A stretch of 64,000 bases of DNA, taken from Pseudoflavonifractor capillosus (GTDB lineage: Bacteria > Bacillota > Clostridia > Oscillospirales > Oscillospiraceae). Location: positions 23,256 to 87,255 of the forward strand of contig NZ_JACJJE010000007.1 of NCBI RefSeq assembly GCF_016899775.1, written 5' to 3'. The notes beneath the pieces were generated by a model that searched no databases, was not told the origin of the DNA, and saw only the letters and a program-made list of their open reading frames with translations. The translations under genes were made by a program, and so were the position numbers. Numbering within the stretch: position 1 is the stretch's first letter; every line of letters begins with the position of its first letter. This document shows positions 9,174 through 17,966 of this stretch, one piece after another.

Positions 9174-9965
9174 ATGGAGATTCTGGTTTGCCTGAAGCAG
9201 GTGCCCGATGACTCGGTGGAAATCCATCTGAAGCCCGGCACCGAGGAAGTGAATCTGGACGGCGTTACCCCAGTGGTCAACGCCTTTGATACCTATGCGC
9301 TGGAGATGGCCACCCGCCTCAAAGAAGCCGTGGGTGGCAACATCACCGCCATCACCGTGGGCCCAGAGAAAGCCCGGGACGCGGTGAAGACCTGCCTGGC
9401 CGTGGGCGCCAACCAGGGCTATGTCATCAGCGACCCCACTTTTGAGGGCGCGGACACCCTGGGCCGCAGCAAGATCCTGGCCGCCGCCATCCGGAAGCTG
9501 GAGGCGGACGCCGGCAAGCCCTTTGACCTGATTTTCTGCGGCCGCGAGGCCACCGACCGGGCCAGCGGTCAGCTGGGGCCCCAGCTGGCTGAGGCCATGG
9601 GCACCGGCGTGATTGTGGACCTGGTGGACATCGAGCAGACGGACGCCGGCATCTGCGCCAAGCAGGAGACTGAGGAGGGCTACCGCAAGGTAGAGTCCGC
9701 GCTCCCCTGCGTGGTCACGGTGAACAAGCCCGCCTATGACCCCCGTTACCCCACCATCAAGAGCAAGATGGCCGCCCGGAAGATGGCCATCCCCGTGCTC
9801 TCCGCCGCCGATCTGGACTCTGTGGAGCCCGGCAAGCCCACCGCCCACGTGGTCAAGGTCTTTGAGCCCGCCAAGCGCCAGGCCGGTGTGAAAATCAACG
9901 AGGAAACTGCTGCGGAATCCGCCATCAAGGCTGTGGATATGATGGCCGCCGCCAAGCTGCTGTAA
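9174..9965 (+). CDS. etfB: electron transfer flavoprotein beta subunit
   Basis: Starts MEILVCLKQVPD; typical EtfB. Confidence 0.85.
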   Translation: MEILVCLKQVPDDSVEIHLKPGTEEVNLDGVTPVVNAFDTYALEMATRLKEAVGGNITAITVGPEKARDAVKTCLAVGANQGYVISDPTFEGADTLGRSKILAAAIRKLEADAGKPFDLIFCGREATDRASGQLGPQLAEAMGTGVIVDLVDIEQTDAGICAKQETEEGYRKVESALPCVVTVNKPAYDPRYPTIKSKMAARKMAIPVLSAADLDSVEPGKPTAHVVKVFEPAKRQAGVKINEETAAESAIKAVDMMAAAKLL

Positions 9966-9978
9966 AGGAGAGACAGAC

Positions 9979-10968
9979 ATGGATTGGGGCAATTGCAAAG
10001 ATATTCTGGTCTTCCTGGAGCAAAAGGAAGGCAAAGTGGTAAATGTGAGCCTGGAGGCTCTGACTCCCGCCCGCACCCTGGCCGGTCTCACCGGCGGTAA
10101 GGTGCTGGCTTTGGCGGTGGGCACGGACAATGCCGCCGCCGCAGAAAAGGCTGCTCCGCTGTGTGACGGCGTACTCTCGGTAGAGGGTGCTGCCTTCAGC
10201 GACGGCTGCAGCGACGCCATGGTCTGCGCGCTGGAGGCCATGGTCAACAAGTATGCGCCCGCCGCGGTGCTGGCCGGCAACACCCCCCTGGGCCGGGAGC
10301 TCACCGCCCGGCTGGACGCCCGGAAGGGCCTGGGCAGTGTGCAGGACGCCACCGCGCTGAAGATCGACAACGGCACCCCCGTATGGACCGTTCCCCTCTA
10401 CGGTGGCACGGTGCTCAACGACGTGGTGGTGGACACCCTGCCTGTAGTGGCCACCGTCCGCTCCGGCGCCTTCTCCAAGCCTGAGGCCGGCGAAGCCGCC
10501 CCTGTCACCGCTGAGGCGGTGGAGGTGCCCGCCGATGCCATCAAGACCAAGGTAGTGGAAGCGGTGAAGGAGATCTCCGAGTCCGTGAACCTGGAGGAGG
10601 CCAAGGTCATCGTCACCGGCGGCCGTGGTATGGGCAGCCAGGAGAACTTCGCCCTGGTGGAGGAGCTGGCCCAGCTGCTGGGCGGCGTGGTGGGCGCCAC
10701 CCGTCCTGCCATCGAGGAGGGCTGGGTGTCCCGTGCCCACCAGGTAGGCCAGTCCGGCAAGATTGTCTCCCCCGCCCTGTACATCGCCTGCGGCGTGTCC
10801 GGCGCCACCCAGCACGTGTCCGGCATGACCGGTTCCGGCTATGTGGTGGCCATCAACAAGGACGAGGACGCCCCCATCTTTGATGTGGCCGATGTGGGCA
10901 TCGTAGGCGACGTGATGAAGGTTCTGCCTGCCATGATCGAAGAAATCCGCAAGCGCAAGGCAGAGTAA
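9979..10968 (+). CDS. etfA: electron transfer flavoprotein alpha subunit
   Basis: C-terminal FAD-binding motifs (IVSPALYIACGVSGATQHVSGM). Confidence 0.85.
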   Translation: MDWGNCKDILVFLEQKEGKVVNVSLEALTPARTLAGLTGGKVLALAVGTDNAAAAEKAAPLCDGVLSVEGAAFSDGCSDAMVCALEAMVNKYAPAAVLAGNTPLGRELTARLDARKGLGSVQDATALKIDNGTPVWTVPLYGGTVLNDVVVDTLPVVATVRSGAFSKPEAGEAAPVTAEAVEVPADAIKTKVVEAVKEISESVNLEEAKVIVTGGRGMGSQENFALVEELAQLLGGVVGATRPAIEEGWVSRAHQVGQSGKIVSPALYIACGVSGATQHVSGMTGSGYVVAINKDEDAPIFDVADVGIVGDVMKVLPAMIEEIRKRKAE

Positions 10969-11045
10969 CCCAGTGGGCAGCTCTGCTACCTTTCCCCCGG
11001 TACTTTGCACGATGGCATGATTGGACAAAAACAACAACACACAAC

Positions 11046-11097
11046 GGCACCCCGTTGGTCCAGCCTCACCGGTTGGTCCGACGGGGTGCCGTTTTTC
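11046..11097 (+). terminator. intrinsic terminator downstream of etfA
   Basis: GGCACCCCGT...ACGGGGTGCC hairpin followed by TTTTTC. Confidence 0.55.
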
Positions 11098-11224
11098 TAA
11101 ACCGGGCGCCCTCTGCCAGCAACTGAGGTACAAATACAGAAACGGTGGGAGCCAGAGGCCCCCCTGATCAAAACCTCCGGCTCCCGCCAGAAAGAAGGTT
11201 GGTATTTTCGAAACGTTTCCTGTC

Positions 11225-12892
11225 TCACCCCAGCAGTATCGTGATTGCATGGTCTAAAATATGGGGCGTTCTGTCATACAGGTTCTCCATCAGAACACGC
11301 TCGGTCAGCTTATGAAAATCTTTTCCCCAGGGGCCGATGTTGATGCCTGCCATGGAAATCTTCTTGATCTCTTCAAAGGGAATGTCATAATACCATCCGA
11401 ACAGAGGCATACTCTGGGAAATCCGTTTCCGCTGCTCCTCCGGATCTTCAATGTTGATATAGCTCAAATCACAGATTCCGGTGTAGAAATATTCCCGGTC
11501 GTACTCCTGACCATAGCGCTCTTTGGTATAGCAATTGAGTTTCCCGCTCATATCCTGCGCTTCCGGAGCCATATCCGCAAAATAACAATTTAATACATTG
11601 GGATAATAGGGCGGCATCAGACCATACACAATGCGGGGTGATATGTCCTCAATATAGTCATAAATCCGGTCGATCAGGCGGAAATTTGCCTCGATCATAT
11701 AGATCCTGCCCTGTTCCAGTTCTTGTCGCAGCTGCTTCTGTTCCGCGGCAAACGCAGCGGCAAACGCTTCTCCGCCGCTGGCACAGGCCTCCTGGTACAG
11801 CTCGCCGAACGTCACCACCTTTTCCTTCCAGGGCAGCCGTTCCACAGGCCGCCCGGTTCGTTTCCGGAATTCAGCATAGCTTGCATTCAGCCGGTCAATC
11901 ACCGCCGCAAAGCTCTCTTCACAGATCCTCTTAACACGCTCCATCAGCTCCCCGGGTGTCTGTTTTAGCGTCAGAACACTGAAACATTCCTGCGCCGTCA
12001 GCGGCATGGAAACATCATAGCGGTCTTTGCTGTCCTTCATATACAGCCACATGGGAGGCGGCGCCGCTTCCCCCTGGACCGTGTCCGAAAACTCCATATT
12101 AACTTCTGTCCGGGTCACAATTTCTGCCAGGACAGAGGCCGGGTTGAGCCCTTCAAACACCTTGCCGGCGTGGGAAAGGAAGCCGCGCACATATATAAAC
12201 GGCATCATCTTACCCACGGTTCCTCCTGAAAACACGCCCCGGGAAAAATCCTTCCGCTGGTGGGGCTCGGAATTGATCATCATCAGGTAGCGCAGGCCAT
12301 ACCGGTCCTGCAACTCTGCCAGCAGACGATCCGCTCCCCGCATACCGGCCGACAGATTTTCTTCATCGGGAACCCCGAGCACAATGACATTGCCCTGGAA
12401 ATCCGGCAGGCGGCTGTATGCCTCCAGCAGTGCGTACTGAATGGACCCTCCGCCCTCCATATCGCAACCGCCCCGGCAGAACAGGAACTTTCCCGACTCC
12501 AGATCTTGCCGGGCCTCCTCCGGCAGCATATCCTTATGCTGCATCAGCGCCTCCCGTAGTGGTTCCGGCGCATAGGCCCAGGACTTCAATGTCTTGTAAT
12601 CCTCAATGTCCACCACGTCGTAATGGTGGACCAGCACGATGGTTTTGTCTCCGCTCCCCCGGACCATAGCCCAGCATACGCTGCGCCCCAGGCCGTCCCC
12701 CTGGATGGGATACAGCCCCCAGTGATCCGGATGCTGGGCAAAGTAGGGAATCTCCTGGATGTACGCCCGGAAAAAATCCTCCACGCCGCGCTCCGCCTGT
12801 GTATTAGTTATACTTGGAACCGCTACATAGCGATAGAGCAGTTCTTGGATGCGCACGCCCAGCTGATCAAAGTCAATGTCATGGTTTTTCAT
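11225..12892 (-). CDS. M20-family metallopeptidase (RocB-like)
   Basis: About 555 aa; likely start MKNHDIDF. HHYDVV motif typical of the M20 family; length matches RocB-like proteins. Confidence 0.5.
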   Translation of the reverse strand: MKNHDIDFDQLGVRIQELLYRYVAVPSITNTQAERGVEDFFRAYIQEIPYFAQHPDHWGLYPIQGDGLGRSVCWAMVRGSGDKTIVLVHHYDVVDIEDYKTLKSWAYAPEPLREALMQHKDMLPEEARQDLESGKFLFCRGGCDMEGGGSIQYALLEAYSRLPDFQGNVIVLGVPDEENLSAGMRGADRLLAELQDRYGLRYLMMINSEPHQRKDFSRGVFSGGTVGKMMPFIYVRGFLSHAGKVFEGLNPASVLAEIVTRTEVNMEFSDTVQGEAAPPPMWLYMKDSKDRYDVSMPLTAQECFSVLTLKQTPGELMERVKRICEESFAAVIDRLNASYAEFRKRTGRPVERLPWKEKVVTFGELYQEACASGGEAFAAAFAAEQKQLRQELEQGRIYMIEANFRLIDRIYDYIEDISPRIVYGLMPPYYPNVLNCYFADMAPEAQDMSGKLNCYTKERYGQEYDREYFYTGICDLSYINIEDPEEQRKRISQSMPLFGWYYDIPFEEIKKISMAGINIGPWGKDFHKLTERVLMENLYDRTPHILDHAITILLG

Positions 12893-12929
12893 ACGCTCAC
12901 CGCGCTCTACTTTCTGCACACAGGACAAG

Positions 12930-13768
12930 TCAGGCAGGTCGGCCCGCCAGTTCCCTTATAGGAGATTTCCTGTCCCTCAGCACTTCAATTCCCTTGTCCT
13001 CCAGCTTTTTCTGGATCTCCGGACAGCCCTGAATCAGCACGCATTTTTTCGGCTCCAGAGCCAGGAGATTCGTGCCCAAATAATCATACTCCTTGTCTCC
13101 GCACTCAATCAGCTCAAATCCTTTCTCCAGCAGATAGTTGCGGAAAAATACCGGCATATACTTGGAGTAGACCACCGCTTTGTCCGTATCCACAAAGCTG
13201 ACAATGCTCATCAGAGGCAGGCAGGCATCCGGGCCGTCACCGTAGGGCATGGGAACGATCACATACTCATCCACCAGCCCTTTTGTCAGTTCCTTGAATT
13301 GACGGATGCCCTCCTCGTTGGTCCGGCGGCCCAGCCCAATGGCCACGGTGCGCTCATCAATCCAAAGGACGTCGCCGCCCTCCATCTTTCCAGGAGGCTG
13401 AATATATCCCAGGGTGGGTACGCCCTGACTTTTCAGGAACTCTTCCGTAGCCAGATATTCCTTGCTGCGCAGCTCCTTCCCCATGGGGAAGTAATGGCTC
13501 CCTTTTCCGTAATTTTAACCGGATCATGGGTATAAATGGAGTCCAGGCCACCTCTGGGATCATAGGGCAAGGCATATACATTGGGAACATGGGCCCGAAT
13601 AATGGACTCAAACGTATTATATTCCTTTTTGTCAAAGTCCGGGCATCCAAAATACTTAAAGGCCTCTCAGTTGGCTTCCAGATTTTCCTGACTGACATAG
13701 GCATCCACCGGCCGCTTGATCAATATGCTGTCAATTTTCTTGACCATACTTTGACATCCGTAATTCAT
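12930..13768 (-). pseudogene. amidinotransferase-superfamily gene (arginine deiminase/DDAH-like) disrupted by an in-frame TGA and a frameshift
   Basis: N-terminal frame MNYGCQSMVKKIDSILIKRPVDAYVSQENLEAN is followed by TGA, then EAFKYFGCPDF...PVKITEKGAI in the same frame. A +1 shift then leads into the 184-aa ORF 12930..13484 (MGKELRSKEY...). RBS AGGAGG before ATG 13768. Confidence 0.5.
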
Positions 13769-13783
13769 CGCACAAACCTCCTG

Positions 13784-14665
13784 TTATAGTCCTCTGTACT
13801 CTTTATGCTCCTGCTTGATCTGATGCATGCGATCCGGGTTGCAATACAGCGCCGCGGCATTCTGGATGGCCTGATGGGTATTGGGCTTAGTCATCTCTTC
13901 CGCAAATTCCACCGTGTGGCACTGATAGTCTTTCCCAATGCTCATCACCGGATGGAACGCCGGGCAGTGGTAATCCACATTGCCGATGTCAGATGAGCCG
14001 GTCATGCCCTCCACTCCCTCCAGCAAGGGGAGATCCAGCGCCTCATAGCATTCCTTCATAACCTGCCTGCCCGAGGGACTGACATACAGTTCATGATAGG
14101 CCTCGCCCACCGGATGGAACTCCACCTGGGTCCGGGTGGCCATGGCAGCCGCTTTGGAACAATCCTTGACACACTGGGTGATGTCATTGAGCTGGCTGCG
14201 CTTTGGTGCCCGGGTCAGAAATTCAACCTCCGCCCGGTCCGGCACAATATTGGAGGCCATGCCGCCAGCCTTGATTATTCTATGGATTCTCGCATCCTGG
14301 ATGATATGCTGACGCATCATATCCGTGGCATCCATAAACAGTCTGGCCGCATTGAGGGCGTTGCGTCCCTGCTCCGGCGCGGAAGCCGCATGGGCGGCCA
14401 CCCCGGTCCATATAAACTGCAACCCATCCAAGGCAATAAAATTGACATCAATGAGATTTGCCCCTCCCATATGCACCATGATGGCAAAATCATAGGCATC
14501 GAAAATTCCCTGATCTGCCATGATACATTTTGCGCCGTTGATTTCTTCATCCGGAGTGCTGATGATATCCACCCCGAAGGGCAGTTGCTCTTTTATGGCG
14601 TTCAGAGCCAGGGCGGACAGCACGCTGGCGCTGCCGCTGGCACAGTGGCCGCAGGCATGACCCAT
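13784..14665 (-). pseudogene. 5'-truncated M20D amidohydrolase (Ama/HipO-like)
   Basis: ORF begins with the MGHACGH motif, which normally lies ~100 aa into M20D enzymes. The upstream sequence is unrelated AT-rich DNA, so the N-terminus is missing. Confidence 0.45.
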
Positions 14666-14886
14666 TGTTATGCCAATATATTTGTGAATTGATAAAGAAT
14701 ATTGGCTTTGACGGAATTGCGTTTAATTCATCTCGTGTTCAGCAATCTTTTAGGAGTGGAGAAGGAACTGATTTTACAATCTTTCATGATACCGGTAAAT
14801 GCTATCCCATCTCATCTGAGTTATACTACGTATCAAATATAAAGGTTGAACATCAAAAGGCTCCATCATGACATAACAATGGTGAC

Positions 14887-14960
14887 AATATGAAGCTCCA
14901 ATTTAAAAACCATCCCTTTCAGGCGGGGGTACAGGCAATGTGAAAACGTACATTTAAAAA
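14887..14960. repeat. direct repeat copy 1 (~70 bp) flanking the TA module
   Basis: aatatgaagctccaatttaaaaaccatccctttcaggcggggg... is ~75% identical to 15726-15790. Confidence 0.5.
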
Positions 14961-14993
14961 TCAAGGGCGGAAGCTGTTCGCCTCCGCCCTTGA

Positions 14994-15256
14994 TTACTCC
15001 AGAGATATTTTTAAGGTTTTCCCCAAACTGTCTGCCATTTTCTGCAGAAAGGCCAGGGAAGGGTTGTAGGTTCCACTTTCAAATCTGGAGATATTGGCCT
15101 GCGCCGTCCCCATTTTCTCGGCCAGTTGTTTTTGAGTCATGCCGATGGCTCTGCGGCTCTCAATTTCAGCACGAATGATCTCGTATTGAGGCGCCAGCAC
15201 ATCGTACTCCTCCTTGACTTCGGGGCGCTCAGCAAATACCTTTGCCTTATACTCCT
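14994..15256 (-). CDS. XRE-family HTH antitoxin (HigA-like)
   Basis: MDFKEYKAKVF...MTQKQLAEKMGTAQANISRFESG is an HTH_3 motif. RBS AAAGGAGG. Lies immediately downstream of the Gp49-like toxin. Confidence 0.65.
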
Positions 15257-15288
15257 TAAAGTCCATATGATGCGGCCTCCTTTTTGTG

Positions 15289-15641
15289 TTGGGCATATTT
15301 ATTGTGCCCGGCTTTGATAATCCTCCATCCGCTTCTTTGCAATCGCGATTTCAGTCGGCGGTGTTTTTTGGGTTTTCTTCGTAAAGCCGTGGAGCAGTAC
15401 CAGCTTATTCCCATCCCAGATGAAATAGAAGATACAATAGATGTTGCTGGAAAATTTCGAGCGCAGCTCCCAAATCGGCCCATCAATATGTTTTGTATGG
15501 GGCTCATGTAAGTCTGGAGCACATTGCGCCAGAAGCTCAATATTCCCGGATCACCTTTGCCAAGTCTTTAGAGGGCAGGCTATCCAGAAACTCCTGTACC
15601 ACCTCTTTGCGTGATCGTGTGCAATAAAGCGCAACATCCAT
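15289..15641 (-). pseudogene. HigB/Gp49-like (phage Gp49 / RelE-ParE-family) toxin, frameshifted
   Basis: Frame 1 reads MDVALYCTRSRKEVVQEFLDSLPSKDLAKVIREY*. The adjacent frame continues ELLAQCAPDLHEPHTKHIDGPIWELRSKFSSNIYCIFYFIWDGNKLVLLHGFTKKTQKTPPTEIAIAKKRMEDY. A single indel near 15535-15550 joins them. The listed 94-aa ORF 15256..15540 is the wrong frame. Confidence 0.55.
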
Positions 15642-15725
15642 TGAATCACCACCTAACTTGATCTACGCAGAGTATATTATATAGGATATACCGAGTCAAT
15701 ATCATATATGATATGTTAAGATGAT

Positions 15726-15790
15726 AATATGAAACTTTAATTCAAACACCAGCCCTTTCAGGCGGAAGCGGAGGTCTGTGATGTATTTAA
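15726..15790. repeat. direct repeat copy 2 flanking the TA module
   Basis: aatatgaaactttaattcaaacaccagccctttcaggcggaagcgg...; pairs with 14887-14960. Confidence 0.5.
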
Positions 15791-16060
15791 CAGCCAGCCC
15801 ATGCGCACCACCACCTACCGCCTAGACTGGGCGATATGACCAATGTCCAGACGGAGTTGAACATGACGGATATCGGCTTTCGGAACCATCCGCTGGTGCC
15901 GAAACTCACCAACGCCCGTATCCTGGACAATCTACGCACCGGCCAACGGCGGGGCGTCCTGAAGCTCTCCAATACCCTGGCCGGGCCGGGCATTAACTAT
16001 CTATTGAGGTAGAGACAGGCAACGGTAAGACCTATTTTAAGGACAATGTATCACACGCCA

Positions 16061-16348
16061 GGGTTTTATTCTCTGTTTATGCGGCGCAGTTTTTGCGTCT
16101 CTGTTTTGAGGTGATTTAGCCTGTCCCCCCCTCAAACCGGACGGAACATCTTTTAATACACAGAATCCAATCCCACATAAATCCCAAAAGGCGAAAGGTT
16201 TTCTTGAAACAAGCAGGGCAAAAGAGTTCTAAAGAGGAATTGCCGGAGCACTGAGAAGCGTTAAACAGGGTACAAAAGTACTCCTTGAAAGGACGGACAT
16301 ATTTTTGGGAGCAAGATGCCGGGAGTTCGAGTCTCCCCACTCGGACCA
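16061..16348 (+). ncRNA. unclassified structured ncRNA candidate with tRNA-like 3' terminus, copy B (contiguous)
   Basis: A ~190-nt block homologous to 3151-3342 is followed by tttgggagcaagatgcc, then GGGAG-TTCGAGT-CTCCC (T-arm), then CACTCGG-A-CCA, then a terminator. No coding potential. Confidence 0.4.
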
Positions 16349-16384
16349 AAAACCGCCTAAAAACTGATGTTTTGAGGCGGTTTT
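16349..16384 (+). terminator. intrinsic terminator immediately after the encoded CCA
   Basis: AAAACCGCCT...AGGCGGTTTT hairpin followed by a T-run. Confidence 0.6.
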
Positions 16385-16730
16385 CATAACTTTTCAAACA
16401 ATAATTTGTTTAACGTTCTGCACAAATATGGTCTCAAATGTGGTCAACACACTTTTTCGGATTTGTTTTGAATTTTCGTTGTAAACAAAGCTTCTTGTCC
16501 GTCTAAGCCACAATTCGTCCCAGAAAGAAGCAAAAACAAACTGTACAAATTTTGAAATATGGGGTCATGACCACCTATTCACGATCAGTTCACGCGGTCG
16601 CAGCCTTATCTTTGAATCTTGCGTCGCAAAATCTGATAGGCCCATCGCGCTTCCCGGCCTTGTTCCTCTCAGCGGAGCCGTGTATAATGGCAGTGGAAAA
16701 CAGTGAAATAAACGAGTAAGGAGCAGCGCC

Positions 16731-17303
16731 ATGCGGATCCTCATGCTGGGCAACAGCTTTATCTTCACCAATAATATGCCTCAGATGCTCGCCGAACTGA
16801 CCGGGGCGGAGGTGGTCCACCACACCCGGGGCGGGGCGCGGCTGTCGGAACAGCTGAACCCCAGCACCAGGCTGGGCAGTCAGACCCAGGCGGCGCTCCA
16901 AAAGGAGAAGTGGGACTATGTGGTGCTCCAGGAGATGAGCCACGGCCCCATCACCTCCCCCAAGAGCTTCTTTTCCAGCGTGGAGCAGCTTTGCCGGCAG
17001 ATTCGGGCAAACGGGGCAGTCCCAATTTTGTTCGCCACCTGGGCCTATCAGAGGGGCGGAGCCAAGCTGACGGACAAGGGCTGGGACTACGACGAGATGG
17101 CCCGAAAGCTGTCCGAGGCCTACCACAAGGCGGCACTGGAAAATAACGCCCTGATCGCCGATGTGGGCCGACGGTTTTACGAGTGGTCCGATCCCCAGGA
17201 CCTCTATGCTGCCGATGGCGTTCATCCCAGTGAGCTGGGCTCTCATATTGCGGCGGAGACCATTGCGGCAGTGATCCAGCAGCACGAAAAGGAGGCGCAG
17301 TAA
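16731..17303 (+). CDS. SGNH/GDSL-like hydrolase family protein
   Basis: MRILMLGNSFI start, with a C-terminal DGVHPSELGSH (DxxH) motif. Confidence 0.5.
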   Translation: MRILMLGNSFIFTNNMPQMLAELTGAEVVHHTRGGARLSEQLNPSTRLGSQTQAALQKEKWDYVVLQEMSHGPITSPKSFFSSVEQLCRQIRANGAVPILFATWAYQRGGAKLTDKGWDYDEMARKLSEAYHKAALENNALIADVGRRFYEWSDPQDLYAADGVHPSELGSHIAAETIAAVIQQHEKEAQ

Positions 17304-17304
17304 T

Positions 17305-17865
17305 ATGCCAAACACCACAAAGCAGGCTCTGGAGGAATCCCTGAAGCATATGCTGCTGAAAAAGCCCCTGGACAAGATTACCATCCGGGACATCACCGAG
17401 GACTGCGGCATCAGCCGCATGGCCTTCTACTACCACTTCAAGGACATCTACGACCTGGTGGAGTGGGCCTGCATCGAGGACGCGTCCAAAGCCCTCCAGG
17501 GGAAGAAGACCTACGAGACCTGGCAGGAGGGGCTTCTGCAGATCTTTGAGGCAGTGCAGGAAAACAGGCCCTTCATCCTCAACGCCTACCGCTGTATCAG
17601 CCGGGAGCAGATGGAGCGGTTCCTCTATCAGCTGACCTATGGCCTGATCCGGGGCGTGGTGGAAGAGCAGAGCCGGGGGACGGCCATCTCTGAGGAGGAT
17701 AAGTCCTTTATTGCGGAATTTTACAAGTACAGTTTTGTAGGGGTTATGCTGGACTGGATTCGCCAAGGAATGACCGACGATCCCCAGGTGTTGACGGGAA
17801 AGATCAGCGCCGCCATGCGGGGCAGTATCGCCAACGCCATCCGAAATTTTTCGGAAACAGAATAA
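17305..17865 (+). CDS. TetR/AcrR-family transcriptional regulator
   Basis: ITIRDITEDCGISRMAFYYHFKDIYDLV is a TetR_N HTH. The start overlaps the upstream stop. Confidence 0.8.
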   Translation: MPNTTKQALEESLKHMLLKKPLDKITIRDITEDCGISRMAFYYHFKDIYDLVEWACIEDASKALQGKKTYETWQEGLLQIFEAVQENRPFILNAYRCISREQMERFLYQLTYGLIRGVVEEQSRGTAISEEDKSFIAEFYKYSFVGVMLDWIRQGMTDDPQVLTGKISAAMRGSIANAIRNFSETE

Positions 17866-17876
17866 GAGCCGCTTTA

Positions 17877-17922
17877 CAATCCGGGCCCGATGATTAGTTT
17901 TTGATCATCGGGCCCGGATTGT
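17877..17922 (+). terminator. perfect 19-bp inverted repeat (terminator-like)
   Basis: ACAATCCGGGCCCGATGAT...ATCATCGGGCCCGGATTGT. Confidence 0.45.
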
Positions 17923-17966
17923 AAATAGAAGAAATGCTTTGCAGGGAGTAAAATCAAGCCATCAAA

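Noticed and set aside
13676-13690. In-frame TGA codons (here and at 27892-27894) as selenocysteine or alternative genetic code
   Set aside because: No SECIS-like context. Neighbouring genes use TGA as ordinary stops (for example at 1130-1132), and a high-GC Clostridia-like genome is not expected to recode UGA; pseudogene or sequencing error is more parsimonious.
15256-15540. 94-aa ORF listed in the six-frame track
   Set aside because: It is the wrong reading frame of the frameshifted Gp49/HigB-like toxin. The two adjacent frames give a recognisable toxin sequence.
15835-16014. 59-codon GC-rich ORF (MTNVQTELNMTDIGFRNHPLVPKLTNARILDNLRTGQRRGVLKLSNTLAGPGINYLLR)
   Set aside because: Below the reporting threshold, with no RBS and no recognisable family; possibly a gene remnant, so it is mentioned only within the decay-zone finding.
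16061-16348. tmRNA (ssrA) interpretation of the tRNA-like-terminated elements (also 2874-3342 and 50134-50478)
   Set aside because: The acceptor 3' strand CACTCGG would require a 5' end YYGRGUG rather than the near-universal GGGG, and there is no G3:U70 alanine identity pair. No tag-peptide reading frame (A-N-D-E-N-Y-A-L-A-A-like) precedes a stop, and the element is present in three diverged copies. It is kept as an unclassified RNA instead.
16240-16348. Canonical long-arm tRNA (about 106 nt) in copies B and C
   Set aside because: A 6/7 acceptor complement (CCGAGCG) exists ~100 nt upstream in copy C, but no D-arm or anticodon-arm geometry can be drawn, and copy B lacks even this partner.
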